64,000 bases of DNA, from the NCBI GenBank assembly GCA_036918135.1, contig JBALDB010000003.1, forward strand, positions 1 through 64,000. The letters are read 5' to 3'. Origin of the DNA: Nostoc sp. (GTDB taxonomy: Bacteria; Cyanobacteriota; Cyanobacteriia; Cyanobacteriales; Nostocaceae). Of the stretch, positions 1-10,235 are shown one piece after another (the stretch's first letter is position 1; the number at the start of each line of letters is the position of its first letter). The notes beneath the pieces were generated by a model, which was given only the letters and a program-made list of their open reading frames with translations, was not told where the DNA came from and ran no database searches. A program made the position numbers and the translations under genes.

Positions 1-81
1 ACCATCAGCGGTTTTGCTACAGCTGCGTTGGGTTATCTAGTACAACAGCCGGCCTCCGGCGAACAGCAGCCCCAGAAATAA
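1..81 (+). CDS. 3' end of a small hypothetical membrane protein (partial, starts before the window)
   Basis: Frame 1 reads TISGFATAALGYLVQQPASGEQQPQK* with TAA at 79-81; hydrophobic stretch; converges on the DLH gene. Confidence 0.55.
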   Translation, partial: TISGFATAALGYLVQQPASGEQQPQK

Positions 82-725
82 CTCATTGGGGATTCATACA
101 AGAAAGCTTGGTAAGGTATGTTAGCATTTTCAATTGCTTTTATTATGGTTTGGCGATCGCTCTCTGGTATATGAGGATCAAGAGTACCAAATATCATTAG
201 CATCTCGCCTTTAATTTCACTTACTCTCTGAATTGTATCGGCTACCTCTTTACCCAGTTTACCACTGGGAATACCAGTAGGGTAACAGCAAACGGCAGCC
301 CGAATTTCGCTTTGAAATGCGGCGCGAAAAGCTAAATGTCCACCAATACAAAAGCCGAGAGTGCCTATTTGATTTGGAGAAACCGCACTCTCTGTTTTCA
401 GAAATTCAATCACAGCAAGGCAATCAGCATCATAATCAGCTACCGAGGTTCGACGCGCATCGTCATTACCGCGCATCCTTCCCAGATCGTCTGGCTCAAT
501 TACTAAACCAACTGGCTCAATTCGGTGAAAAATTTCTGGGACTGCTACTACATAGCCGTATCCTGCTAAGTAGTTAGCTAGACGAATCATTGGATCGCCT
601 AACTGATAAATATCACTGTAAAAGACAATACCAGGGTATATTCCTGCTGCTTTGGGAGCTGCAACATAAACACGCATCAAACTGCCATCTACTCTTAACT
701 CAACATTGCGCTTAGTGATTTGCAC
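33..725 (-). pseudogene. Dienelactone hydrolase family protein, apparently 3'-truncated
   Basis: GFCIGG nucleophile elbow and D-P-H-I-P acid region are present. After ...AFLYE the sequence does not continue into the expected catalytic-His segment and instead runs antisense into the neighbouring gene. Confidence 0.7.
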
Positions 726-939
726 TTTTTAGTCTCCGTGTTACGCTTGCTGTCATTAGCTTCTACACTGTAGCGCCGCAGCATCCGGTTACTTTAAACC
801 TACAATTTGGTGTTTTTCTGCCATGACTGCGATCGCTTAATTATCCCTAGTGAAAGTTTGTCGCGATCGCATTAATACTTAATAAATAAGTATTAAATTT
901 TATAAAGTAATGAATTGGGCTATTTAAATCATCTGTGAT

Positions 940-2523
940 ATGAATCAAAAAAATATTCTTACTTGGGGTGATGTAGCTTACGCGTCCCGAATTGCAACTG
1001 TAGGATCAAAATATGAATGGGAAGCATTAGAACTGATTTGGCAAGCATGGGAAATAATAATCCAAGCTGGACTTACAACTTATTCTAATAAGCCTGAATT
1101 TTTGCAAGTGGTCATACGCTTTGTTGCTGTTGTAAGTTTTTATCTAGAATTATTGAACGAGGATGATTGGCAATACTATGTTTATTATTACATGATCGAG
1201 TGGATTAGAGCTATTAAAATGGCCGATGATTATCTCCAATACATAATCGAATGTGTAGATAGTTTGGCTTTGCCCCTAATACCAAACTTACAATTAGATA
1301 ATTTACTTTTCTATTCTATAGATATTACTTTACAGCAAGTTATACAATTATTAATCAATCAGCTTGACAGGGAATCAATATTTTTTAAAAAAGTACAGAT
1401 AATTAAAGAAAAAGTTTTTGAAGAAGAGGAATATAATTGGCAAAGAGCAGATGCTGAACTAATTAGTGATAGCAGATTAATGGAAAAAATAATTAAATTA
1501 TCTGAAAAGCATGAAAGTTATTATGAAGACAACCAATTTATAAAATATGAAGTTGCAATTATAGAAGTATTTGAAATTCCAGAAAACACGGGTAACATAT
1601 ACCTACCAAAAACAGATTGTAATAATTTTGATGAATCACAACAAGTTATAGATGCAGCTAATAAAGTATTCGACTTTTTCTCTTCATATCAGTTAAAACC
1701 TAAGTATTCTACTAAGCTAATTTCTGAGAAAACTGGATTTAATGAAATAGAGTTAGGACGCTGGATACGTACAATCAATCGCAAAAAGCAAATAATCTTA
1801 TATGGTTCTCCTGGAACAGGAAAAACTTTTATTGCTGAACACCTTGCAAAATATTTAATAGGTGGTGGTGACGGTTTCTCAGAATTGGTACAATTTCATC
1901 CCGCATACTCTTATGAGGACTTTATTCAAGGTATACGTCCTCAAAGCCAAGATGGACAATTAACATATCCTTTGCTTCCAGGCAGTTTTCTAAAATTCTG
2001 CAAAGAAGCAGAGTATCATCAAGGAACTTGTGTTTTAATTATCGATGAAATAAACCGTGCAAATTTAGCTCAAGTTTTTGGTGAACTAATGTACTTGCTT
2101 GAGTACAGAGATAGAGAAATTCCATTAGCTAGTGGTAACAGGTTTCGCATTCCAGAAAATGTCCGCATTATTGGGACAATGAATACAGCAGATAGGTCTA
2201 TTGCAAATATAGACCATGCACTCCGTCGTCGCTTTGCATTTATCGAACTTCGCCCAAACTATGATGTGCTGCGACGTTATCACCAAAAAAGAGGTTTTAC
2301 AGTAGAAGGATTAATTAACATTTTAGAGCAATTAAATCAGGCGATCGCAGATAAAAACTACGAAATTGGTATTTCATTCTTTTTAACAGACAATTTACAT
2401 GAAGATATAGAAGATATATGGCGTATGGAAATTGAACCATATTTGGAAGAGTACTTTTTTAACCAGCTAGAAAAAGTAGATAAGTTTCGCTGGGATGAAA
2501 TAAAAAATAAACTATGGATATAA
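940..2523 (+). CDS. mcrB: McrB-family AAA+ GTPase with atypical N-terminal domain
   Basis: Walker A GSPGTGKT, VQFHPAYSYEDF, Walker B IIDEINR, McrB signature GTMNTADRS, ALRRRF. Confidence 0.9.
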   Translation: MNQKNILTWGDVAYASRIATVGSKYEWEALELIWQAWEIIIQAGLTTYSNKPEFLQVVIRFVAVVSFYLELLNEDDWQYYVYYYMIEWIRAIKMADDYLQYIIECVDSLALPLIPNLQLDNLLFYSIDITLQQVIQLLINQLDRESIFFKKVQIIKEKVFEEEEYNWQRADAELISDSRLMEKIIKLSEKHESYYEDNQFIKYEVAIIEVFEIPENTGNIYLPKTDCNNFDESQQVIDAANKVFDFFSSYQLKPKYSTKLISEKTGFNEIELGRWIRTINRKKQIILYGSPGTGKTFIAEHLAKYLIGGGDGFSELVQFHPAYSYEDFIQGIRPQSQDGQLTYPLLPGSFLKFCKEAEYHQGTCVLIIDEINRANLAQVFGELMYLLEYRDREIPLASGNRFRIPENVRIIGTMNTADRSIANIDHALRRRFAFIELRPNYDVLRRYHQKRGFTVEGLINILEQLNQAIADKNYEIGISFFLTDNLHEDIEDIWRMEIEPYLEEYFFNQLEKVDKFRWDEIKNKLWI

Positions 2524-3713
2524 ACTCAGCACAACCAAGAATTATTGAACTTACAGAATACGAAAATCAATTATTTACGCTTGATAAAATACCCTATTCA
2601 GCCGGAGTCGAGTTATATGATAAATACAAAACACAAGTAGATATAGAATTTCCTACCTATACAACGAGACAACATTGGAAACTCAAAGCTAAAGGATGGG
2701 TAGGTTACATTCCTGTCACTCCTGAATTGCATCTAAAAATAAATCCGAAAGTGCCTATCCAAAACCTCTTCGGAATGCTGGAATATGCCTACAATTTAAA
2801 AGGTTTTCGCTTTCTCGAAGGGCTGATGAATTGTGAATCTCTAGAGGATTTTTATAATAATCTGGCTCATATCTTAGCCGATAAAGTTTTAGAGCGGTGT
2901 CGCAAAGGATTATATCGTACTTACTTGGCTAAAACAGACCAGCTTTCTTATGCGCGGGGAAGGCTAGATGTGCAACAGATAATTCAAAAGCCGTGGAATG
3001 TTAAACTTAAATGCGATTACGAACAACATACGGCTGATATTAAAGAAAATCAAATCCTGGCATGGACATTTTATATCATTGGTCGTAGCAGTTTATGTTC
3101 AGAAAGAGTATCACCAACAGTACGAAAAGCTTATCACGCTCTACAAGGATTAATAACGCTGCAAGCTTGTAGCGCAGAAGATTGTATCACTAGACAGTAT
3201 AATCGCCTCAATGCCGACTATCAACTATTACATAATTTATGTCGATTCTTTTTAGAAAATAGTAGTCCTAGTCATGAGAGGGGAAATTACAAAACCTTAC
3301 CCTTTCTCGTCGATATGGCACATTTATATGAACTTTTTGTTGCAGAATGGCTTCAGAAAAACACGCCAGAAGGTTATTTTTTCAAACAGCAACATCCAAT
3401 AGAAATTAGTCAGAATCGACACTTTAGTATAGATATATTACTGTGTGATGCTGCCACTGGCAAAACAATAGCAGTTTTGGATACAAAGTATAAAGCCCCT
3501 GAATTGGCAGGATATACAGATATTCATCAAATGATCAGCTACGCCAACACAACAAAATGCAAGCAAGCCTTTTTGATATACCCTAAAGACTTGACACAGC
3601 CACTAGATATTAAAAGTGATGAAATTCGAGTCCGCAGTCTTACCTTTTCCCTAAATGATAATCTCGATCGCGCAGGTCAAACCTTTTTAAAAAATCTTTT
3701 TCTTTTCTGCTAA
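2514..3713 (+). CDS. mcrC: McrC-family PD-(D/E)xK restriction nuclease subunit
   Basis: Overlaps the mcrB stop by 10 bp; INPKVPIQNLFGMLEYAY, DMAHLYELFV, IDILL...LDTKYK, DIHQMISY. Confidence 0.9.
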   Translation: MDINSAQPRIIELTEYENQLFTLDKIPYSAGVELYDKYKTQVDIEFPTYTTRQHWKLKAKGWVGYIPVTPELHLKINPKVPIQNLFGMLEYAYNLKGFRFLEGLMNCESLEDFYNNLAHILADKVLERCRKGLYRTYLAKTDQLSYARGRLDVQQIIQKPWNVKLKCDYEQHTADIKENQILAWTFYIIGRSSLCSERVSPTVRKAYHALQGLITLQACSAEDCITRQYNRLNADYQLLHNLCRFFLENSSPSHERGNYKTLPFLVDMAHLYELFVAEWLQKNTPEGYFFKQQHPIEISQNRHFSIDILLCDAATGKTIAVLDTKYKAPELAGYTDIHQMISYANTTKCKQAFLIYPKDLTQPLDIKSDEIRVRSLTFSLNDNLDRAGQTFLKNLFLFC

Positions 3714-3964
3714 TCCCCCTTAAAATTCACACCAATAATTAGTAAAGGGGACAGATGACATTCGCTTACTGCAAAGCACCCATCCCCGAATAGCTGCCCA
3801 GATAGTGAAACCTGGAATCTTATAATTCGGTATCTAATCATCCCAGTATCGTTCGAGAGATGTTGATTGTCACCCGGATAGATACTGATTTAAGAAATAT
3901 TCGTAAAAAGAGAACTATTACTTAACTAACCCAAAATTTCTGCATGGGGAATGGGGCATTAGAC

Positions 3965-4031
3965 ACTTGTACTGAGCGTACCCCTGCGAGGAAGCAAGCT
4001 ACGCGTAGCGTCTCGTAGAGAAGCCGAAGTA
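3965..4031 (+). repeat. Nested small dispersed repeat (ACTTGTACTGAGCGTA...GCCGAAGTA with an inserted AGCAAGCTACGCGTAGCGTCTC unit)
   Basis: Same composite on the - strand at 36116-36209; inner unit also at about 55952-55985. Confidence 0.7.
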
Positions 4032-4142
4032 TTGATTATTTCGGCGTCACTTCCGGATCTTCCTCATCTCCCCGATCCTCATGTCCCCTTACACCTTCGT
4101 ATTGCGAATAGCACTGTCCTGTAAGCAACTTGTCTATATGTT

Positions 4143-5408
4143 CTAGGCTGCTTCCCCTTTATACCCCCGCATCGCCAGCAGCGCTGTCCCGTAAGCAGCT
4201 TCCGTATATGTTGAGGCTATGACAGGCACTTTTAAATATCGCTCACGAATAGCAGTCCAAGTATCATTTGCTGCACCACCACCAGCAGTATAAACACGAG
4301 TCAACTTGTCTGCTCCCATTTTTTGTAATAATTCGTACCCTTTTACTTCTATACGGGCAATACTTTCTAACAATCCATGTAGAAATTCCACTGAGTTATC
4401 TGGGCGTGGTTCCAATCGTGGAGGTAAATTGGGATCGTTAATCGGAAAGCGATCGCCTGCTTTTAACAGTGGATAATAATCTAATTCACTGGCTTTTGAT
4501 GCATTAATCTCACGGCTGAAACTTGTTAACTCAGCGTTGGTGAAAAATTGCTGTAGCACTGCACCCCCAGTGTTAGAAGCACCCCCAGTCAGCCACAATT
4601 TACCCAAGCGATGGCTATAAATTCCGTACCGCGCATCCTCAATCCGCGTACAACTCAATAATTTTAGTACCAGCGTCGAACCCAGAGAAGTCACCGCTTC
4701 ACCAGGCAATTTGGCACCACTGGCAATAAAAGCGGCAATACTGTCAGTTGTACCAGTACATACCAAACAATCACGCCGAAAACCATACTTATCTGCAATT
4801 TCAGAACGTAATTCAGCCACAGGAGTACCAGGTGGTAAAACTCTGGGTAGTTGAATCGGTATTTGCAACTTTTGCAGCCATTGTGGGTATTTCAACTCTT
4901 CCACGTCATAACCCAGCTTTAAAGCATTATGGTAGTCACTAATGCCTAAATACCCATGTAGCAGAAACCCTAACCAATCTGCTTGATGCAAGAAATATCT
5001 AGCTTCAGCAAAAGAGGGTAATTGCTGCATCCAAATAAGTTTGCTCAGGCTAGAGGTGGCGCTTAACACGGTATGATTGGGGGGTGCTACGCTCCTCAAA
5101 TCATCTAGCACAGACGCTCCCCGTGCGTCGTTGTACAATAGCGGCGTATCTATTGGTTGGCCAGCAGCATCCACCAGCAACACAGTCGAAGAAGTACCAT
5201 TAATTGCGATCGCCCTAATCTCTCGCCGCAATTGTTGAGGTATTTGTTTGATTAAAAAAAACAAACCCTCTTGCCAAAAACTCGCCATCATTGGGACAGA
5301 TGGATTCTGGAAGGGATATCGTACCTCAGCCTGGATGCTAGCTTCCTCATTAATCACTACACCACGTGCCCCAGATGTTCCGAAGTCGATACCCAAATAC
5401 AAATCCAT
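4143..5408 (-). CDS. FGGY-family carbohydrate kinase (D-ribulose kinase-like)
   Basis: LGIDFGTSGARG, GTTDSIAAF, TSLGSTLVLK, TAGGGA motifs. Confidence 0.88.
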   Translation of the reverse strand: MDLYLGIDFGTSGARGVVINEEASIQAEVRYPFQNPSVPMMASFWQEGLFFLIKQIPQQLRREIRAIAINGTSSTVLLVDAAGQPIDTPLLYNDARGASVLDDLRSVAPPNHTVLSATSSLSKLIWMQQLPSFAEARYFLHQADWLGFLLHGYLGISDYHNALKLGYDVEELKYPQWLQKLQIPIQLPRVLPPGTPVAELRSEIADKYGFRRDCLVCTGTTDSIAAFIASGAKLPGEAVTSLGSTLVLKLLSCTRIEDARYGIYSHRLGKLWLTGGASNTGGAVLQQFFTNAELTSFSREINASKASELDYYPLLKAGDRFPINDPNLPPRLEPRPDNSVEFLHGLLESIARIEVKGYELLQKMGADKLTRVYTAGGGAANDTWTAIRERYLKVPVIASTYTEAAYGTALLAMRGYKGEAA

Positions 5409-5563
5409 AGTTTTACAAATTTTTTAATGGAGAATAACTAATGACCACTAACTAATAATTGCTTTTGTTGCATCTTGTAACAAGATCTTCCACGAACCTG
5501 GCAAAACAAGGAAAAGTAGTAAACGAACAGTTCAAATCTATTCAAGTTAGGAGATTAAAAGCT

Positions 5564-5695
5564 ATGCCTATCATAGATACTTTATACATCGCTCAAGTAT
5601 CTTCGATTTCTGATGCCCAAGTGTACATCGCTCTGGTTGTAGCCCTGATTCCAGGAGTTCTAGCTTGGCGCTTAGCCACAGAACTTTACAAATAA
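5564..5695 (+). CDS. psaM: Photosystem I reaction centre subunit XII
   Basis: ISDAQVYIALVVALIPGVLAWRLATELYK; ATG at 5564 with AGGAG upstream. Confidence 0.92.
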   Translation: MPIIDTLYIAQVSSISDAQVYIALVVALIPGVLAWRLATELYK

Positions 5696-5948
5696 GGCTA
5701 CGATGTGACACAGTTAAAAAGCTAATAATCCTGGCATTACGGAGGTGCAATTTTCCAACGCTTACGGCTTTACGCCCTAAGTCTTCCCGAACTAGCACTT
5801 ACGTAAGCCAGGTTATTTTTTAACTTCTGCAACACTTGTAGCTATTTTCCAAAAATGAAGTAATATGACAGCTAAATCAAGTAGTAATTAGCGTCAGAGA
5901 GCTTTTTATAGTGCTTCCCTTCACCAAGCGAGGTTAATTTTTAGGATC

Positions 5949-6359
5949 ATGAACGCGATTCAACCCTCAAGACCACCGTTACAACCGATACAAAAACGCC
6001 GGATTATTCCTCGACCAAAGCGGCATCTTCGTCAACGTTCTTATCAAGTGATGGCATTAGAAAGTACTGCCAAGATAGCTGTTAATCTTTTTATTACAGC
6101 TGCGGCCGCATCTGCCTTGGCACAACTTTTGCCTTATCAGTGGTTACAGCAACAAAAATTGCGAGAAATCCGCACTGAAGTCAACCTGATGAAAGGACAT
6201 GTCGATAGTTTGCAGGCAGAATTTAATCGTAACTTTGATCCCCAGCAAGCAAAAAGTATTAGGCAACAACAAGGATACCGATTCGATCCCAGCCAGCGCC
6301 GAGTGGTGTTAATGAATCAGGATGGCAGAGTAATTGAACAAACAGATTTATTACCGTAA
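5949..6359 (+). CDS. Conserved cyanobacterial single-TM coiled-coil protein (possibly FtsL/DivIC-like)
   Basis: Basic N-terminus, one TM helix, coiled coil, FNRNFDPQQA motif. Confidence 0.55.
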   Translation: MNAIQPSRPPLQPIQKRRIIPRPKRHLRQRSYQVMALESTAKIAVNLFITAAAASALAQLLPYQWLQQQKLREIRTEVNLMKGHVDSLQAEFNRNFDPQQAKSIRQQQGYRFDPSQRRVVLMNQDGRVIEQTDLLP

Positions 6360-6520
6360 GAAAAATATTAATTTTGGAATTATTCTGTTGCTTGTGATTT
6401 TGGCTACGTATAAACCGGGTGAAAATTTATATTATTGCTAATAAATAACAGCGTCGTTATATTCAAAATTCAACATAAAAAATTTACTTTTTGAATCTTG
6501 AATTTGCCAAAATGGCTCAT

Positions 6521-7243
6521 CTACCAATTATGACGCTGAACAGATAGCAGATCGTTGAGCCAATTTTCAAGTTGTAAACGCAAGCGATAACCAGTAACGT
6601 TCTTACTGTTGTCTAGAGGAGGTAGTTGAGTGAGGGCGCGACGATAATCAGCGATCGCACAATTCCAGTCACCCCAAAGATGGTAAGTTCTGCCGCGTTC
6701 AGCCCAAATGTGATCTTCGAGTTGACCGAAAAGCAGTGCTACCTCAAAATTCTCAATTGCCTCTTCATATTGACCCAAGTCCCGCAAGGTAATGCCTCGA
6801 TTAATCCACGCCCGGACGTGACGAGGATTGAAATTAATTGCTTCGTCATAGTCAGTAAGTGCTGCTGCTAATTCCCCACAAGCAGCGTAGTAGTTTGCTC
6901 GATTGTTGTAAGCGCTAGCCAAATAGGGATTCAGTTTCAGGGCGGTGTTATAGTCGCAAAAAGCTTTTTGCATTTCCCCACTTTGAAAATAAATTAACCC
7001 CCGATTATTGTAATCAATTGCATTGTAGGGATGGCAGAAAATTATTTGGTTTAAAAGTGCGATCGCCTCACGATAATTTCCTTGTTGAGCTAACCTCAAA
7101 GCACAAGAGCGTAAGTTGCTGTCCCCTAACTCACTGCGATTATTTTTACTGTAATATAGATGATTATTTATATGATTTATAGCAATATTTTTATATTGAT
7201 TACTTTGATGGTCATCGGGAGCTAAGAATGAGTGAGTATTCAT
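6521..7243 (-). CDS. Tetratricopeptide repeat protein
   Basis: Repeated YNNRG/AYNNRA/AWINRG TPR motifs. Confidence 0.85.
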   Translation of the reverse strand: MNTHSFLAPDDHQSNQYKNIAINHINNHLYYSKNNRSELGDSNLRSCALRLAQQGNYREAIALLNQIIFCHPYNAIDYNNRGLIYFQSGEMQKAFCDYNTALKLNPYLASAYNNRANYYAACGELAAALTDYDEAINFNPRHVRAWINRGITLRDLGQYEEAIENFEVALLFGQLEDHIWAERGRTYHLWGDWNCAIADYRRALTQLPPLDNSKNVTGYRLRLQLENWLNDLLSVQRHNW

Positions 7244-7660
7244 ATTTTTATGCCTAAAATACCTGCTTTATTAAATCAAATTATAGTTTTTATCTGGTAG
7301 AATTTTTACTAATATGACTATTTTTCAAGTATTTAGGGTTACCTGAAAGCTATCTAAAAAGATAATTTAACTAGTCACATAAGTAAAAATCTACGCCTTA
7401 AATAGGCAATCGCTCCTCAAACCTAATCATGGATACTTCATCTCTAAGGTGAATTCCAGAAATAGTTCAGATAAATTTTAAGGAGTAGTAACGCTAGGCC
7501 AAAGTAAAAGGAACTGAGCATTCAGAATTAGGTTTTGAAAAACTTTTCGCTAGTCTCCAGTACTTCACGAATTGTAAAAAATTAAAAATGGACGCCTGCA
7601 ACTTTCTTTCAAACCTAACCCCCAACTCCTTGCCTACTAACATTGGAAAGCAAGAATCAA

Positions 7661-7776
7661 GGGACTTCCAATTAAAAAAATATTCCGTCGTTTAGAAGGC
7701 AGGGGAGCAGGGGGCAGGGGGAGAGAAAGTCGTTTTGATAGGGGTGAAATGGGATAATTTATTTTCTGGAAGTCCC
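7661..7776. mobile_element. MITE-like element, family A (TIR GGGACTTCCA/TGGAAGTCCC)
   Basis: 10-bp perfect TIR; related copies at 26395-26487, 48134-48219 and 62564-62657. Confidence 0.7.
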
Positions 7777-8022
7777 CAAAGCCTCTCAGGAGTAGGGAGA
7801 ACAATGGAAAGGGGTTCTAAAAATAAGTTGCACATCTTGTAAATACTATAATCTCCAGGGTTATAAAGTATTTGGAATGCTATTGTTATTCCCGTCACAG
7901 CGTACAAGTTAAGTAGTGACGACAAATTGGTAGAATGCCAACAAGCTGGATTAGGGGTTGGGGACTGGCAAAAAGTTTTTCAATTCCTAATCCCCAATCC
8001 TTAAGTTTTGAGAAATTTTCCG

Positions 8023-8487
8023 ATGACAACTGCAATTTCTTATTCCAATGCACCTGATTTAGCAACCGATGATTACATTGTCATCGGCTTGGCAACTTGC
8101 TTCACCAAGGAGGATGGAGAAGTTCATCAAATCGAAGTTGTAGAACCGATTCCCTCTGCGGCTTTGGAAGCACTGTTGAAGGGCATTCCTACCTCCTACA
8201 AGCTGGCTTATGCAACTACTTTGGGTTCTGTGCTAGATGGCGATTCACAGCTAATGCCAGATAGCTTCCCCCAATCGGCTCAGTTTGGTGAGGAATTTAT
8301 ACCACGGGTATTTGCAGCAGCTCGTACCTACAAGCGTCGTGAATCTGCCAAATCTCTAATTTCTTTAGGTACAACCTACACTGAGTTTAAGTATTCTGTT
8401 GACCGGAAGCGAGTGCTAAATGCCGCTAGAGTTGTTACTAAAGAAGATAACGTCAAGCAGCATTCTCACACTCACAAAGTTCTTTAA
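8023..8487 (+). CDS. Conserved cyanobacterial hypothetical protein
   Basis: DDYIVIGLATCF...EPIPSA...AARTYK...DNVKQHSHTHKVL; 5 bp upstream of the GST gene. Confidence 0.75.
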   Translation: MTTAISYSNAPDLATDDYIVIGLATCFTKEDGEVHQIEVVEPIPSAALEALLKGIPTSYKLAYATTLGSVLDGDSQLMPDSFPQSAQFGEEFIPRVFAAARTYKRRESAKSLISLGTTYTEFKYSVDRKRVLNAARVVTKEDNVKQHSHTHKVL

Positions 8488-8492
8488 GTAAT

Positions 8493-9050
8493 ATGCTAAA
8501 ACTTTACGGTGGCGCTCGTAGTCGAGCGTCGATTGTTCACTGGTATTTAGAGGAACTAGAAGTTCCTTATGAATTCGTCAAGCTAGATATGCAGGCTGGC
8601 GAACACCTGCAACCTGAGTATTTAACAATTAATCCATTTGCCAAAGTTCCAGCAATTGTTGATGGAGATTTACAGCTTTGGGAATCTGGGGCAATTTTGC
8701 TTTATTTGATGGATAAGTATAGAAAAGCTCCAGCTTCACTAGAAGAACGTGCTGTGATTTCCCAGTGGGTGTTATTTGCCAATTCAACCCTGAGTACAGC
8801 AATTTTGGTAGAAGCAAATCGCGATCGCCAAATACCCCGTTTGTTGAGTACCTTGAATGAAATTTTTACTCAGCAAGCTTTTTTGCTGGGCAATGAATTC
8901 ACTGTTGCCGATGTTGCAGTGGGATCTGTCTTAAACTACATTCCGATGATTTTGAAACTAGACTTTAGCCCTTACCCAGCGGTATTGAATTACATGAAGC
9001 AATTGGCTGACCGTCCAGCATTTCAAAAAAGCATCGGAGCGAGGGCTTGA
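8493..9050 (+). CDS. Glutathione S-transferase family protein
   Basis: INPFAKVPAI, LWESGAILLYL, FTVADV. Confidence 0.92.
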   Translation: MLKLYGGARSRASIVHWYLEELEVPYEFVKLDMQAGEHLQPEYLTINPFAKVPAIVDGDLQLWESGAILLYLMDKYRKAPASLEERAVISQWVLFANSTLSTAILVEANRDRQIPRLLSTLNEIFTQQAFLLGNEFTVADVAVGSVLNYIPMILKLDFSPYPAVLNYMKQLADRPAFQKSIGARA

Positions 9051-9080
9051 TAATAGCTGTTTTCAAGTTGGAATATCAAG

Positions 9081-9106
9081 TAGGGTAGTACAGCAGTGCT
9101 ACCCTA
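9081..9106. terminator. Stem-loop between convergent GST and yajQ (REP-like or bidirectional terminator)
   Basis: TAGGGTAGTAC-AGCA-GTGCTACCCTA. Confidence 0.55.
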
Positions 9107-9174
9107 ATGCCTATTAAATAACGAAAAATCTTTACAAAACGTAATTTAGTAGGGAATACCACTAAAAAAACTTT

Positions 9175-9666
9175 TTAACGATAATTTGTAAATTGCAAAG
9201 CCACAGGATAATCTTCTTGTTTTAGCCGTTGAATCACAACTTGCAAATCATCTTTAGATTTGGCAGTAACCCGCACAGCGTCACCTTGAATTGAGGCTTG
9301 TACCTTTTTGAATTCGTCGCGAATCAATTTAGAAATTTGTTTAGCGATTTCCTGACTGATGCCTTTCTTGAGTTTAATTTCTTGACGCACGCGGTTACCA
9401 CTTGCTGATTCAACTTTGCCAAAATCAAAAATTTTCTGGGAGAGATTACGCTTTGCAGCTTTTTCCCGCAGGATGTTGTGTACAGAATCCAATGTGAACT
9501 CGCTGTCAGTGCTAACATTAATGCTTTGTTCAGCTAACTCAACAGTAGTTTGAGTATCTTTGAGGTCGTAACGGCTTTTGATTTCTCGCGCAACTTGATC
9601 TATAGCGTTAACCAATTCTTGTTGGTCAAAGTCGCTGACAATGTCAAAGGAAAAAGTAGAAGCCAT
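9175..9666 (-). CDS. yajQ: YajQ family nucleotide/c-di-GMP-binding protein
   Basis: SFDIVSDFD...RYDLK...[12 protein letters not shown]...LQFTNYR. Confidence 0.93.
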   Translation of the reverse strand: MASTFSFDIVSDFDQQELVNAIDQVAREIKSRYDLKDTQTTVELAEQSINVSTDSEFTLDSVHNILREKAAKRNLSQKIFDFGKVESASGNRVRQEIKLKKGISQEIAKQISKLIRDEFKKVQASIQGDAVRVTAKSKDDLQVVIQRLKQEDYPVALQFTNYR

Positions 9667-9825
9667 AAAGTATTTTGGATTTTAGATTTGGGATTTTGGA
9701 TTGGGCGTTGGGCGTTAGGAGTGCCCAGTAGTAAGTGCTGAGTTAGGAGTTGAGAATTTAGAGTTATTCTCCCCTGGCTCAAGAACCTCCTGTGCCCCAT
9801 TGCTTCCTCGTTTTCCACTCCCCAA

Positions 9826-10045
9826 TTAATTACTAGTTTGAATGATACTTGGGAAGATGAGAATAGCACAGCCAAGGGAGCCAATGCCAAACATCGGCAA
9901 TTGCAAAAGGGATATATTCTAAATATAAAAAATCGAGTACACAAAATCAGCAGCCAAAAAGGCGATCGCAGCCATTGCTCCTGTAGAACAATTTACACCA
10001 GTCACCTATGGCATAGATGCAGCTGCGGCAAATATTATAAACAGA
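9826..10045 (-). pseudogene. MAPEG-family membrane protein remnant (3' half, two in-frame TAG stops)
   Basis: Manual translation IIFAAAASMP*VTGVNCSTGAMAAIAFLAADFVYSIFYI*NISLLQLPMFGIGSLGCAILIFPSIIQTSN*; stops at 10006-10008 and 9919-9921 are in frame with the terminal stop at 9826-9828. Confidence 0.7.
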
Positions 10046-10235
10046 AAAATTGTACCCGACACGCATATAAGTATTAAATAATACAAATAATTTTTCAATA
10101 GCAAGGCGAGCGGCAGCGAGCGAGTACAAAAAATTATTAGTTATTAGTCATTGGTCACTAGTCAAATATTATAGACGCGCTTTAATTTGCCGATCGCAAA
10201 CTTTGCACTTTGGACAAATGACAAATGACAAATGA

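Noticed and set aside
33..96. Heterocyst-type excision element or intron interrupting the DLH gene
   Set aside because: The adjacent DNA reads as the end of an ordinary convergent gene; no recombinase or direct repeat is visible, although sequence left of the window is unseen
5459..5563. N-terminal extension of PsaM from the ORF track
   Set aside because: The RBS supports ATG 5564; the upstream TTG start is unlikely
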